Part shown: in pieces, positions 9,654 through 17,709 of the stretch | How the letters are laid out: each line of letters opens with the position of its first letter | Numbering within the stretch: the first letter of the stretch is position 1 | Assembly: GCA_028280515.1 (NCBI GenBank) | Contig: JANQLP010000162.1 | Coordinates: forward strand, 58,092 to 90,091 | Reading direction: 5' to 3' | Origin: Hyphomicrobiales bacterium | GTDB lineage: Bacteria; Pseudomonadota; Alphaproteobacteria; Rhizobiales; Methyloligellaceae | Length of the DNA stretch: 32,000 nt | The notes under the pieces: generated by a model | Told to the model about the DNA's origin: nothing | Databases searched by the model: none | What the model saw: the letters and a program-made list of their open reading frames with translations, nothing else | Made by a program: the position numbers and the translations under genes

Positions 9654-10520
9654 ATGCTCAACCTGGTCCATGTGCGCTCCTTCATTGCCGTAACGGAATG
9701 CGGCAACTACCGCGATGCATCCCGCAGACTTGTCTGTTCCCAGCCCACGGTCTCGCAGCACATCATGAAACTTGAAGCGGCTCTCGACTCGGTACTCGTC
9801 GTGCGCGACCGGCAGCGCTGCTCGCTGACCGCCGAGGGCAAACTCTTTCTGCCTTTTGCGCGCAGCCTGCTGCGCCTCGCCGAGCGCGCTCAAAGCGTAC
9901 TTCGTGATCGTGTGCTGTCAGTTGGTGCGAGCGGCAATATCGGCACCTATCTTCTTCAGCCTTATCTGCGGTCGTTCAAGCAAACACTGGACCGGAACGT
10001 CTCTATTGATGTCTGGATCGGCACGAATCCGGAGGTCGCCGATCGTCTGGCTAATCATGAGATCGATGTCGGCATCATGGAGTGGTGGGATGATCGTCCG
10101 AATTTCACCGCGACTCAATGGCGTCAGGAACCTCTGGTAATCATCTTTCCACCCGAGCATCCCTGGCGAGCGCAGCGATCGGTCGAGATGGACCAGCTGT
10201 TCGCGACGCCGCTGATTGGCGGAGAACCGGGCAGCGGCACCGGGAGCATCATAAGGGATGTCTTTGGACCGGATACGGACAAATTGCGGGTCGAGCTTCA
10301 ACTGGGCAGCACGGAAGCTGTCAAACATGCGGTCAAGGCCGGGCTCGGCGTATCTCTGGTCATGGAAAGCGCCGTTCGGGACGAAGTCCGTGCCGGATCA
10401 TTATGTGCGCTGCCGCTCGACGGCGTCGAGATGAAGAAGAACATCTATATCGTGCAGCGCGCCGGTCAGCCCTCGATGTCGCTCGCGCCCGGATTTGCCG
10501 ATCACCTCGCCCACGCCTAA
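9654..10520 (+). CDS. ptxE: LysR-family transcriptional regulator
   Basis: N-terminal LysR HTH (FIAVTECGNYRDASRRLVCSQPTVSQHIMKLE). It lies immediately downstream of ptxD on the same strand, as in the prototype ptxABCDE locus. Confidence 0.75.
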   Translation: MLNLVHVRSFIAVTECGNYRDASRRLVCSQPTVSQHIMKLEAALDSVLVVRDRQRCSLTAEGKLFLPFARSLLRLAERAQSVLRDRVLSVGASGNIGTYLLQPYLRSFKQTLDRNVSIDVWIGTNPEVADRLANHEIDVGIMEWWDDRPNFTATQWRQEPLVIIFPPEHPWRAQRSVEMDQLFATPLIGGEPGSGTGSIIRDVFGPDTDKLRVELQLGSTEAVKHAVKAGLGVSLVMESAVRDEVRAGSLCALPLDGVEMKKNIYIVQRAGQPSMSLAPGFADHLAHA

Positions 10521-10555
10521 CATGCTATAGTGCGTTTTTGATCAGGAAGATCGTC

Positions 10556-10909
10556 ATGTCCCGCGTATCACAGTTCGCAGTTCTTGCTTCGGCGTGCATC
10601 CTGCTGAGCGCCGCCACTGCCTCAGCCGACCCGAATGCGGGAAGATACGGTTATCAGGGCGCGAGCCCTTACCCCTATCCGCCTGTCTATACGCCTCCCG
10701 CCCCGCCGCAGGTCAACGTGCCGCAAGGCTCGCCGGTCACGGTGATCGTCGCGCCGAACGCGCAAGTGGTAACCACGTCACCGTCGAATACGACGCTGCC
10801 GCCGGGCTGGGTCTGGGCACGTCCGGCCAATTGCGGCGAATACAGGTATTGGAACGGAACCGAGTGCCTCGACGCGCGCGACTATCCGCCGAACCTTGGC
10901 CCTCGCTAG
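10556..10909 (+). CDS. small secreted proline-rich hypothetical protein
   Basis: ATG 10556 is preceded by AGGAAG. Signal peptide MSRVSQFAVLASACILLSAATASA is followed by PYPYPPVYTPPAPP and a C-terminal CGEYRYWNGTEC pair of Cys. The 263-aa track ORF is an extension over ptxE. Confidence 0.6.
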   Translation: MSRVSQFAVLASACILLSAATASADPNAGRYGYQGASPYPYPPVYTPPAPPQVNVPQGSPVTVIVAPNAQVVTTSPSNTTLPPGWVWARPANCGEYRYWNGTECLDARDYPPNLGPR

Positions 10910-10988
10910 AACGCTCCTGCCGGACGGCACGACCCCAACCCGGCTGAAGGCGGACGCCACAGAAGCTGCCACAGATGCGGAGAATGAC

Positions 10989-12137
10989 ATGGGCGCTGCC
11001 CGTCCCTTCGAACTCGCGGTCCCTGACGAAACGCTGGAGAACATCCGCACCAAAGTCGCGGCTTTCCCGTGGGACGACATGCCGAAACTCGAAGGGTGGC
11101 AGTATGGCGCCAACCTCGACTACATGCGGGAGCTGTGCGCCTACTGGCTCGACGGGTTCGACTGGCGTGCCCAGGAAACCGCGATCAAACGCTTTTCGCA
11201 CTTCATTGCGCCGGCGGAGGGTTTCGACATCCATTTTATCCACGAGAAGGGCAGCGGCCCGTCCCCGCGGCCTCTGCTGATCAGCCACGGCTGGCCGGGT
11301 TCGGTCGTCGAGTTTCTGGAGATCATCGAACCGCTGGCCCATCCGGAGCGGTTCGGCGGCAGCACGGACGACGCCTTCGACGTGATTGCCCCGTCGCTGC
11401 CGGGGTTCGGCTTTTCCGGCAAGCCGGAAAGTCCCATGGGCCCCCGCGCCATCGCCCGGCACTTCGCAGCCCTGATGCGCGACGTGCTCGGCTATGACGG
11501 ATACATCGCGCAAGGCGGCGACTGGGGTGGCGCCGTTTCCGCCTGGCTCGGCTTCGACCATGCGCCCGCCTGCCGCGCGATCCACGTGAACATCATGATG
11601 ATGCGCCATCCGGACGGCCCGCAGGGCGCGGAAGAAAAGGCGTGGGCCGCGCGGTTCGCGAAGGAGCAGGAACCCGAAGCAGGCTACCGCATCCAGCAGG
11701 CAACCAAGCCGCAATCTTTAAGCTACGCGATGATGGACAGCCCCGTCGGCGTCGCCGCGTGGATCATCGAGAAGTTCAATTCATGGTCCGATACACGCGG
11801 CGGCGACATCGACAGCATCTTTACGAAAGACCGGCTGCTGACGAACATCATGGTCTATCTGGTGACCGGTACCTTCGCCACGGCAAGCTGGATCTATGCC
11901 GGCCGGCGCGCGGAAGGCGGCCGGCTGCTGTCACCCGAGGGCAAGCGCGTGGAGGTGCCCACGGCCTGCGCTCTGTTTCCCGAGGAGCTTCTGGAATGGC
12001 CGCCGCGCAGCTATGTCGAACGCGTCTACAACGTCACCCGCTGGACCGAGTTCCCGCGGGGCGGGCACTTCGCGGCCATGGAACAGCCCCAACCGCTGAT
12101 CGACGATATCCGCGCCTTCGCACGCTCTCTGCCGTAG
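10989..12137 (+). CDS. epoxide hydrolase (microsomal-EH-like, alpha/beta hydrolase)
   Basis: EH N-terminal domain (FELAVPDETLENIRTKV...W), oxyanion HGWPGS, nucleophile elbow GGDWGG, C-terminal GGHFAAMEQP. ATG 10989 is preceded by GGAG. Confidence 0.85.
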   Translation: MGAARPFELAVPDETLENIRTKVAAFPWDDMPKLEGWQYGANLDYMRELCAYWLDGFDWRAQETAIKRFSHFIAPAEGFDIHFIHEKGSGPSPRPLLISHGWPGSVVEFLEIIEPLAHPERFGGSTDDAFDVIAPSLPGFGFSGKPESPMGPRAIARHFAALMRDVLGYDGYIAQGGDWGGAVSAWLGFDHAPACRAIHVNIMMMRHPDGPQGAEEKAWAARFAKEQEPEAGYRIQQATKPQSLSYAMMDSPVGVAAWIIEKFNSWSDTRGGDIDSIFTKDRLLTNIMVYLVTGTFATASWIYAGRRAEGGRLLSPEGKRVEVPTACALFPEELLEWPPRSYVERVYNVTRWTEFPRGGHFAAMEQPQPLIDDIRAFARSLP

Positions 12138-12190
12138 GCGCGCCAAGAGCGCCTGCTCTCCGACACCATCGAGGTGCGCGGGCTTTCGTC

Positions 12191-12215
12191 AAGGACACGC
12201 GACGTTTTAGGGCAC
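12191..12215 (+). repeat. left copy of the direct repeat bracketing the hairpin-repeat array
   Basis: AAGGACACGCGACGTTTTAGGGCAC matches AAGGCACGCAAACGTTTTAGGGCAC at 12771-12795. The terminal 14 nt ACGTTTTAGGGCAC are identical. Confidence 0.7.
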
Positions 12216-12235
12216 GCCAGCAAAAGATACCCGAA

Positions 12236-12307
12236 ATCCCGGACAAGGGCTGGCCACGGCGATATGTGTGGCGCAGCGTTCGATCCGGCGCGCGATCCGG
12301 GATCCAG
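12236..12307 (+). repeat. long hairpin element, copy 1 (72 bp)
   Basis: ATCCCGGA (12236-12243) pairs with TCCGGGAT (12296-12303), then CCAG. About 85% identical by eye to copy 3. Confidence 0.75.
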
Positions 12308-12330
12308 CACAAAGAGGGGCGAAGGGTATA

Positions 12331-12364
12331 TGGATTCCTGCTTTCGCAGGAATTTCAGGATGAG
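12331..12364 (+). repeat. short hairpin element, copy 1
   Basis: TGGATTCCTGCTTTCGCAGGAATTTCAGGATGAG. Stem ATTCCTGC pairs with GCAGGAAT. Confidence 0.7.
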
Positions 12365-12386
12365 CGGCAGCCACAGGATTCGCGTC

Positions 12387-12434
12387 ATCCCGGACAGTGC
12401 GCACGGTACGCGCGTCACGTGATCCGGGATCCAG
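12387..12434 (+). repeat. long hairpin element, copy 2 (shortened, 48 bp)
   Basis: Same termini as copies 1 and 3, ATCCCGGA (12387-12394) and TCCGGGAT (12423-12430) plus CCAG, with a different, shorter core. Confidence 0.7.
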
Positions 12435-12458
12435 CGCAAGAAGAGGCGAAGCCGCTTC

Positions 12459-12490
12459 TGGATTCCGGCGTTCGCCGGAATGACGAATGA
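12459..12490 (+). repeat. short hairpin element, copy 2
   Basis: TGGATTCCGGCGTTCGCCGGAATGACGAATGA. TTCCGGCG pairs with CGCCGGAA. Confidence 0.7.
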
Positions 12491-12575
12491 AAAAACGGCC
12501 TGGCCAAAACCTGCCCCGCGCAGGCGGGCACCCGGTTATGACGGACTGAAGGTCGGACGAAACCGCGTCTACGTC

Positions 12576-12647
12576 ATCCCGGACAAGGGCTGGCCGAGGC
12601 GATATGTATGGCACCGAGCTCGAACCGGCCCGCGATCCGGGATCCAG
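12576..12647 (+). repeat. long hairpin element, copy 3 (72 bp)
   Basis: ATCCCGGACAAGGGCTGGCC...CGCGATCCGGGATCCAG, same length and termini as copy 1. Confidence 0.75.
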
Positions 12648-12680
12648 AATTTGGAGGCGTCGCGTGTGGCACGTCCGCTC

Positions 12681-12713
12681 TGGATGCCGGCCTTCGCCGG
12701 AATGACAAATGAG
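12681..12713 (+). repeat. short hairpin element, copy 3
   Basis: TGGATGCCGGCCTTCGCCGGAATGACAAATGAG. In frame it reads WMPAFAGMT, the translation signature of a widespread proteobacterial intergenic repeat. Confidence 0.7.
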
Positions 12714-12770
12714 AAAGCAGCTTGGCTGAGCCTTCCCCCGCGCACGCGGTGACCGGAATGACGGGAGAGA

Positions 12771-12795
12771 AAGGCACGCAAACGTTTTAGGGCAC
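12771..12795 (+). repeat. right copy of the bracketing direct repeat (overlaps the stop codon of the TrpF-family gene)
   Basis: AAGGCACGCAAACGTTTTAGGGCAC. On the minus strand GTG CCC TAA forms the last two codons plus stop of the 12787-13470 gene. Confidence 0.7.
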
Positions 12796-13470
12796 TTCAA
12801 GATCGACAAATCCCGCCTGCACCTCTTCGATGAACCGCCTGGTCAGATACCGGCGTTTTCGCCCGTCGGCGCCTTCGACCCCCGTGTGTACGTCGACGCC
12901 GGCCGGACGAACGGCATGGATGGCCTGACGAACGTTTGCCGTATTCAGGCCGCCTGCCAGAATGACGGGCCTGGTGGATGCCTCCACGAGCGACCGGCTG
13001 ATCTCCCAGTCGTGAACCTTGCCGGTCGCGCCGGACGCCCCGGTCTCAGGGTCAAACGTGTCGGTGATAAACGCGTCCACACTCGCTTCGTAGAGCCGGA
13101 CGTCCTTGATCAAAGCGCTCGCGTCGCCGCCGCGGACAATGAGGCTCTTGATGATCCGCAAGTCCGGTGCCTCTTGCTTCAACACTTGTATCTGCTCGAG
13201 GCTCGTCTCGCCGTGCAGCTGCACAATGTCCACCGATAGAGCATCGCAAAGCTCAAGGATGGTCTGCGCTTCGTTCGCATAGGTGATGAGGAAGAAGGTC
13301 GCCTCGTCCCGGAGTTCGGAGACAATGGCCGCGGCGGCTGCGATCGACAGATCCTCCTTGTGATAACCAAGCACAAAAGGGAATCCGAGATGCTGGACCC
13401 CGCAGTCGATCAGCAGCTGCGCCTCGGCGAGATCGATCACGCCAGCGACATGAATATGCGGTCCCGACAT
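12787..13470 (-). CDS. phosphoribosylanthranilate isomerase (TrpF)-family TIM-barrel protein, divergent orphan
   Basis: PRAI-like blocks DAFITDTF, GASGATGKVHDWEISR, ILAGGLNTANVRQAI and GVDVHTGVE. Not next to any other trp gene in the window. Confidence 0.75.
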   Translation of the reverse strand: MSGPHIHVAGVIDLAEAQLLIDCGVQHLGFPFVLGYHKEDLSIAAAAAIVSELRDEATFFLITYANEAQTILELCDALSVDIVQLHGETSLEQIQVLKQEAPDLRIIKSLIVRGGDASALIKDVRLYEASVDAFITDTFDPETGASGATGKVHDWEISRSLVEASTRPVILAGGLNTANVRQAIHAVRPAGVDVHTGVEGADGRKRRYLTRRFIEEVQAGFVDLEVP

Positions 13471-13585
13471 TGCTCCTGCATGACCATTTCTTCTTCGAAG
13501 TGCCTAGCGTCTTTGTGTGATTGCTGCACCATCTCGATTATGATCGATTCGATGGTCGAGCCGCCGTCAAAACGGGGGGAAATCC

Positions 13586-14398
13586 GTGAGTGGTCTTGAA
13601 TTCATAAACACGACTTCGGGCTGGGCGCTCGCCTTCATGGTCATCAGCGTCGCCGTGATCTTCAGCGTCGGTCTGCAATTGTTTACGCGCTGGCGTTTTG
13701 GTGTCGATCTCGTGGAAGCGAACCACGAAGTCGCCGGCTTCAAATTCGCCGTTGTCGGCGTTGCCTACGGGGTGCTGCTCGCCTTCGTCGTTCTCAGCGT
13801 CTGGGACGAGTACGAACAAACCAGGGGTACCGTGGATGCCGAAGCTCAGCGGTTCTATAACCTCTTCAGGACCAGCTACAATTTTCCCGACGAAACGGGC
13901 ACGAAAATTCAGGATGCGCTTCTCGCATACGCGGTCGCAGTCCGCGACAAGGACTGGCCGGAGATGCAACGGGGATCTCGCGGCAGCAAATCTGCCGCGG
14001 ATGCGTATACCAAGTTGAGCTTCACGGTCGGGCAGACAAGGCCCGACGACATCCGGCTGGCGCCGAGCGTCACCCACGCATTCAATCTCCTGCAGGAAAT
14101 TGCCGACCTCAGACTGGAGCGGTTGTCCGATGTCCGCGGTCACGTGACGCCCGTCGTGTGGGCGGTCTTGTTGCTTGGGGGATTCATCACGCTCGGCTAT
14201 TGCGCGTTCTTCGCAACAAAGCACGTCGGCGCGCAAATCCTCATGACCGGCGGGCTCGCCGTGATCATCAGCTCGATCTTCTTCCTGATGCTGATACTGA
14301 ACTATCCGTTCTCCGGACCGCAGGCGCTGACATCCGCGCCAATCGACGATGCCATCAAGCGGATGCAGACGGAAACTGCGACTGCGGTCGAACGGTAA
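13586..14398 (+). CDS. DUF4239-like membrane protein
   Basis: GTG 13586 is preceded by GGGGGGA. There are two N-terminal and two or three C-terminal TM segments around a soluble middle, with the pattern VLSVWDEYEQ...AEAQRFYNL as I remember for DUF4239. Confidence 0.65.
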   Translation: MSGLEFINTTSGWALAFMVISVAVIFSVGLQLFTRWRFGVDLVEANHEVAGFKFAVVGVAYGVLLAFVVLSVWDEYEQTRGTVDAEAQRFYNLFRTSYNFPDETGTKIQDALLAYAVAVRDKDWPEMQRGSRGSKSAADAYTKLSFTVGQTRPDDIRLAPSVTHAFNLLQEIADLRLERLSDVRGHVTPVVWAVLLLGGFITLGYCAFFATKHVGAQILMTGGLAVIISSIFFLMLILNYPFSGPQALTSAPIDDAIKRMQTETATAVER

Positions 14399-14505
14399 GT
14401 CTCCGGCATTGAAGCAGGCTGTGCCGGAATCCCGCACGAACGGCCCCCAACCCTAAACGGAGCGGGGGTCCCACTGCTGGGGTGATCGCACTGTCGCGGG
14501 ACGAC

Positions 14506-14569
14506 TAGAGCATCATGGGTTCAGATTGACGCGTTTCGTCGCGAAATCTGAACGCATAAAGATGCTCTA
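14506..14569. repeat. long imperfect palindromic element 1 (TAGAGCA clamp family)
   Basis: TAGAGCATC (14506-14514) pairs with GATGCTCTA (14561-14569). An inner stem GTTCAGATT (14519-14527) pairs with AATCTGAAC (14545-14553). Confidence 0.7.
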
Positions 14570-14582
14570 ACGCTTCAAGATA

Positions 14583-14644
14583 TAGAGCAAATTTATCCGA
14601 TTAGGTTGAAACAGGGTGAGTCAACCTAATCGGATTTTGCTCTA
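14583..14644. repeat. long palindromic element 2 (TAGAGCA clamp family), probable terminator of the convergent genes
   Basis: TAGAGCAAA (14583-14591) pairs with TTTGCTCTA (14636-14644). A perfect 15-bp inner stem ATCCGATTAGGTTGA (14595-14609) pairs with TCAACCTAATCGGAT (14621-14635). It overlaps the TAG stop of the TRAP binding-protein gene. Confidence 0.7.
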
Positions 14645-15676
14645 GGCGTAGCGATAGGGCCGGCCCGCCTTCTGCATGTCGTCGTTATATTTGCGGAGGA
14701 TTTTGATGACCTTCGCCTTGGTCTCGGATTCCGCGGCGATCTCGTCCCAGAACTTCACCGCCGCGGCTTCCACCGTCGCCCATTCCTCATCAGGAATGCT
14801 CGTCAGCTTGAGTTTCGTCCCGTTGACCCGCAGGTCGGCTTCGCCGCCCCAGTACCACCACTGGCGATAATAGTGGCTCTGGTCCGTGCAGACCCTGAAG
14901 AGCTCCTTCAGATTGTCCGGCAGCTCGTTCCAGCGATCGGCATTTGCAAAGAACGATCCGCACCATGCACCTGAAATGTTGTTGGTCAGGAAATAGTTGG
15001 TCACGTCCGCCCAGCCGACGGTGTAGTCCTCCGTGATGCCCGACCAGGCAATACCGTCAAGCTCTCCGGTCTGCACCGCTGTTTCAATGTCCTCCCACGG
15101 CAGCGTCACGGGAACGACGCCGAACTGGCTCAGGAAGCGGCCGGCGGTCGGGAACGTGAAGACCCGCTTGCCTTTCAGATCAGCGAGGGACCGGATCGGA
15201 TCCTTGGTGGCAAAGTGGCAAGGATCCCATGCGCCGGCGGAAATGTGCTTGACCCCCACGGCCGCATACTCCTTGTCCCAGATCTCGCCAAGGCCGTACT
15301 GATTGAACAGGACCGGCACGTCGAGCGAATAACGGCAGGCAAAAGGAAAGTAGCCGCCGAAGACGGTCACTTCCGTCGGCGAGGCCATGGAATCGTCGTC
15401 GGATTGAACCGCGTCAATAGTCCCCTTCTGCATGGCGCGGAAAAGCTCACCGGTCGGCACCAGCTGGTCGGCGAAAAAGAGCTCGATCTCCATCTGATCG
15501 CCAGCGATCTTGTTGAAACTGTCGATGGCCGGCTTGATGACGTGCGCCGCAAGGGCGGGACCGGCATAGGTCTGCAGTCGCCACTTGATCTTCGATTGAG
15601 CGATTGCGGGGGCCGCCAGCGCCGCGGCGGGTGCCGCAACGGCCGCGCCTTTGAGAAACTTGCGTCGTGTTGTCAT
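14642..15676 (-). CDS. TRAP transporter substrate-binding protein (DctP family, Tat signal)
   Basis: MTTRRKFLKGAAVAAPAAALAAPAIA twin-arginine signal, 344 aa. It lies downstream of DctQ and DctM genes and resembles the COG4663 mannitol/chloroaromatic-type subfamily. Confidence 0.85.
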   Translation of the reverse strand: MTTRRKFLKGAAVAAPAAALAAPAIAQSKIKWRLQTYAGPALAAHVIKPAIDSFNKIAGDQMEIELFFADQLVPTGELFRAMQKGTIDAVQSDDDSMASPTEVTVFGGYFPFACRYSLDVPVLFNQYGLGEIWDKEYAAVGVKHISAGAWDPCHFATKDPIRSLADLKGKRVFTFPTAGRFLSQFGVVPVTLPWEDIETAVQTGELDGIAWSGITEDYTVGWADVTNYFLTNNISGAWCGSFFANADRWNELPDNLKELFRVCTDQSHYYRQWWYWGGEADLRVNGTKLKLTSIPDEEWATVEAAAVKFWDEIAAESETKAKVIKILRKYNDDMQKAGRPYRYA

Positions 15677-15736
15677 TGGCTTTGCTTTCCTCCCTTGTAT
15701 GTCCCTGGCGGGACATGGTTGTGCTCGAAGCTCGAG

Positions 15737-17059
15737 CTATTTCCCGTAAATCAACTCTGGCAGCCAAAGTGCGATTTGCGGGAATGTCATGACGAGCGCC
15801 AGCGCCAGCACCATCACCAGAACGAAGGGTGCGATGGAACTGTAAATGTCCCTGAGCGTGATTTCAGGCGGTGCCATGGCGCGCATCAGGAACAGATTGT
15901 ACCCGAAGGGCGGCGTCATATAGGCGATCTGTGTCGTAATCGTATACAGAACGCCGTACCATATCAGGTCGAAGCCAAGCACCTTGACAAGCGGCACATA
16001 AAGCGGCGCAACGATGACCAGCATGGCGGTGTCGTCGAGAAACGTGCCCATCACGAGGAACGACAGCTGCATGAGGATAAGGATCATCCACGGGTTCAAT
16101 CCAAGCTGTTCGGTGAAAAGATCGTCGATGGCGCGCACCGCGCCAAGGCCGTCGAAAACCGCTCCGAAAGACAGCGCGGCGAGAATGATCCACATGAACA
16201 TGCAGGACACGGCGAGAGTCTGGCGCACCGAGACTTCGAACACCTCGCGTGTCATGCGCCCCTTCAGGACCGCCGCCAGAAACGCCGCCGTCGCCCCCAC
16301 CGCCGAACTCTCCACCAGGGAGGTCCAGCCGTTCACGAACGGCACCATCATGACCGCAAAGATGAACAGCGGCAGAAGCCCGGCGCGCAGCAGCCGGAGT
16401 TTCTCGCGAAAGGGGATGCTTCGTTCCGCCGGGGCCAGCGCCGGCCCGAGCTGAGGCTGGACCCGGCACCGGACATAAATGTAGATCATGAACAAGGCGG
16501 CCATCATCAATCCGGGGAACACGCCGGCGAGCCAGAGCTGACCCACCGGCTGACGCGCGATCATGGCGTAGAGCACCAGTACCACGGAGGGCGGAACGAG
16601 AATGCCGAGGGATGAACCTGCCTGGATGACGCCTGTCACCATCCGCTTGTCGTAGCCGCGCTTCAGCAGCTCCGGCAGGGCAATTGTCGCGCCTATGGCC
16701 ATGCCCGCGACAGAGAGCCCGTTCATGGCAGAAATCAGGATCATCAGACCAATTGTACCGATGGCCAGACCGCCGCGTACCGGCCCCATCCAGACATGGA
16801 ACATCCTGTAGAGATCATCGGCGATTTTCGATTCCGAAAGGACGTAGCCCATGAAGATGAACATCGGCAGCGTCAGCAGCGGATACCACTTCATGAGCTT
16901 CATGGCGGACGCGAAGGCGATGTCGGAACCACCCGTCCCCCAGAGGGCAAGGGCGGCAATGGCGCCAACCGCGCCGATGGCACCAAACACGCGCTGCCCG
17001 GTGAGCAGCATGAGCATCATCGAGGCGAACATGAAGAGGGCGATCATCTCCTGGGACAT
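15737..17059 (-). CDS. TRAP transporter large permease (DctM family)
   Basis: ATG at 17059 gives 440 aa (MSQEMIALFMFASMMLMLLTGQRVFGAIG...), highly hydrophobic. The start overlaps the DctQ stop (TGATG, 1 nt shared). The track ORF start at 17179 is an extension. Confidence 0.9.
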   Translation of the reverse strand: MSQEMIALFMFASMMLMLLTGQRVFGAIGAVGAIAALALWGTGGSDIAFASAMKLMKWYPLLTLPMFIFMGYVLSESKIADDLYRMFHVWMGPVRGGLAIGTIGLMILISAMNGLSVAGMAIGATIALPELLKRGYDKRMVTGVIQAGSSLGILVPPSVVLVLYAMIARQPVGQLWLAGVFPGLMMAALFMIYIYVRCRVQPQLGPALAPAERSIPFREKLRLLRAGLLPLFIFAVMMVPFVNGWTSLVESSAVGATAAFLAAVLKGRMTREVFEVSVRQTLAVSCMFMWIILAALSFGAVFDGLGAVRAIDDLFTEQLGLNPWMILILMQLSFLVMGTFLDDTAMLVIVAPLYVPLVKVLGFDLIWYGVLYTITTQIAYMTPPFGYNLFLMRAMAPPEITLRDIYSSIAPFVLVMVLALALVMTFPQIALWLPELIYGK

Positions 17060-17625
17060 CACGCATCGCCCTCGCGCAGCTTGATGATGTCCTTGAGCAG
17101 CTCGGAGATCGCCTGCAGCAGCATCAGGAATATCCCGATGCACATCAGAGTCTTGATCGGCCAGAGATAGGGCCGCCACGCGGTCGGGCTGCGCTCCAGC
17201 CGGCCCGTACTTTCAGAGCCGGCGATCAACCCGGTGAGGTATTGAACCGGTTCATCGCCAAAATGGCCCAGCGAATAGGCAGTCGAGCCCAGCCCGCCAT
17301 ACAGCAACACGCCGAGATAGAAAATCAGGAACAGGACCGTGACCGCATCGAACCTGGCCTTCTTGCGGGCGGACCATTGCCCGTAGAACAGGTCCATCCG
17401 CACGTTCGACCCGAGTTGCATCGAATACGGGCCGCCCATGATGTAGTAGGCAACAAGCGCAAACTGTGCGATCTCCAGTGTCCAGAGCGAAGGCAGAAAA
17501 AAAGTCTTCGAGATCGAAGACCATAACAAGATTCCGATCATGACGAAGATGCCGTACATCATGATCCGGCCGACCCTGTAGTTCATGGCGTCGACCGCGC
17601 GAATGTATGTACGTGCGAATTTCAT
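17059..17625 (-). CDS. TRAP transporter small permease (DctQ family)
   Basis: 188 aa with four TM segments, immediately upstream of DctM and translationally coupled to it. Confidence 0.8.
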   Translation of the reverse strand: MKFARTYIRAVDAMNYRVGRIMMYGIFVMIGILLWSSISKTFFLPSLWTLEIAQFALVAYYIMGGPYSMQLGSNVRMDLFYGQWSARKKARFDAVTVLFLIFYLGVLLYGGLGSTAYSLGHFGDEPVQYLTGLIAGSESTGRLERSPTAWRPYLWPIKTLMCIGIFLMLLQAISELLKDIIKLREGDA

Positions 17626-17709
17626 GAACGCGCCCCCGCGACTTCAGAACAGCCACTCCATTTATAGGACCGTTAGATCAATAAGCCAGCCCGCATATGC
17701 GAAACAGAG

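Larger units (their letters stand above)
12216..12781. repeat. array of three composite intergenic hairpin-repeat (REP/MITE-like) units
   Basis: Each unit has a long hairpin element (ATCCCGGA...TCCGGGATCCAG), a purine-rich spacer (AGAGGGGCGAAG / AGAGGCGAAG / GGAGGCGTCG) and a short hairpin element (TGGAT(T/G)CC..GC...GC..GGAAT). No convincing coding frame. Confidence 0.8.

Noticed and set aside
12216-12781. Possible CRISPR array, because of the repeated units
   Set aside because: The repeats are of two different kinds and are themselves strong hairpins with variable length (48-72 bp). Spacing is irregular and no cas genes are present. This is REP/MITE-like, not CRISPR.
11642-12809. ORFs 11642-12490(+), 12207-12809(-), 12480-12752(+) and others crossing the 12.2-12.8 kb region
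   Set aside because: They are read-through translations of the hairpin repeats (VIPDKGWPRRYVW, RDPGSS and PAFAGMT-type peptides). They have no RBS or coding periodicity and they overlap one another in several frames.
13534-13547. TCGATTATGATCGA, resembling the GntR operator at 5056-5070, considered as evidence of a shared regulon
   Set aside because: The match is short, the half-site spacing differs by 1 bp, and such a motif is easily found by chance in an AT-rich promoter. I mention it only as a footnote to the operator finding.
15215-16615. 466-aa plus-strand ORF, together with similar long ORFs at 104-1219(+), 7985-8731(-), 10737-11714(-), 13538-14437(-), 26768-28162(+) and 30476-31183(+)
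   Set aside because: Each lies antisense to a gene with clear family motifs (DctM, patatin, PtxC/PtxD, epoxide hydrolase, DUF4239, DHDPS-like, MBL hydrolase). Their translations are Arg/Gly/His/Pro-rich low-complexity sequence, typical of shadow ORFs in high-GC DNA.
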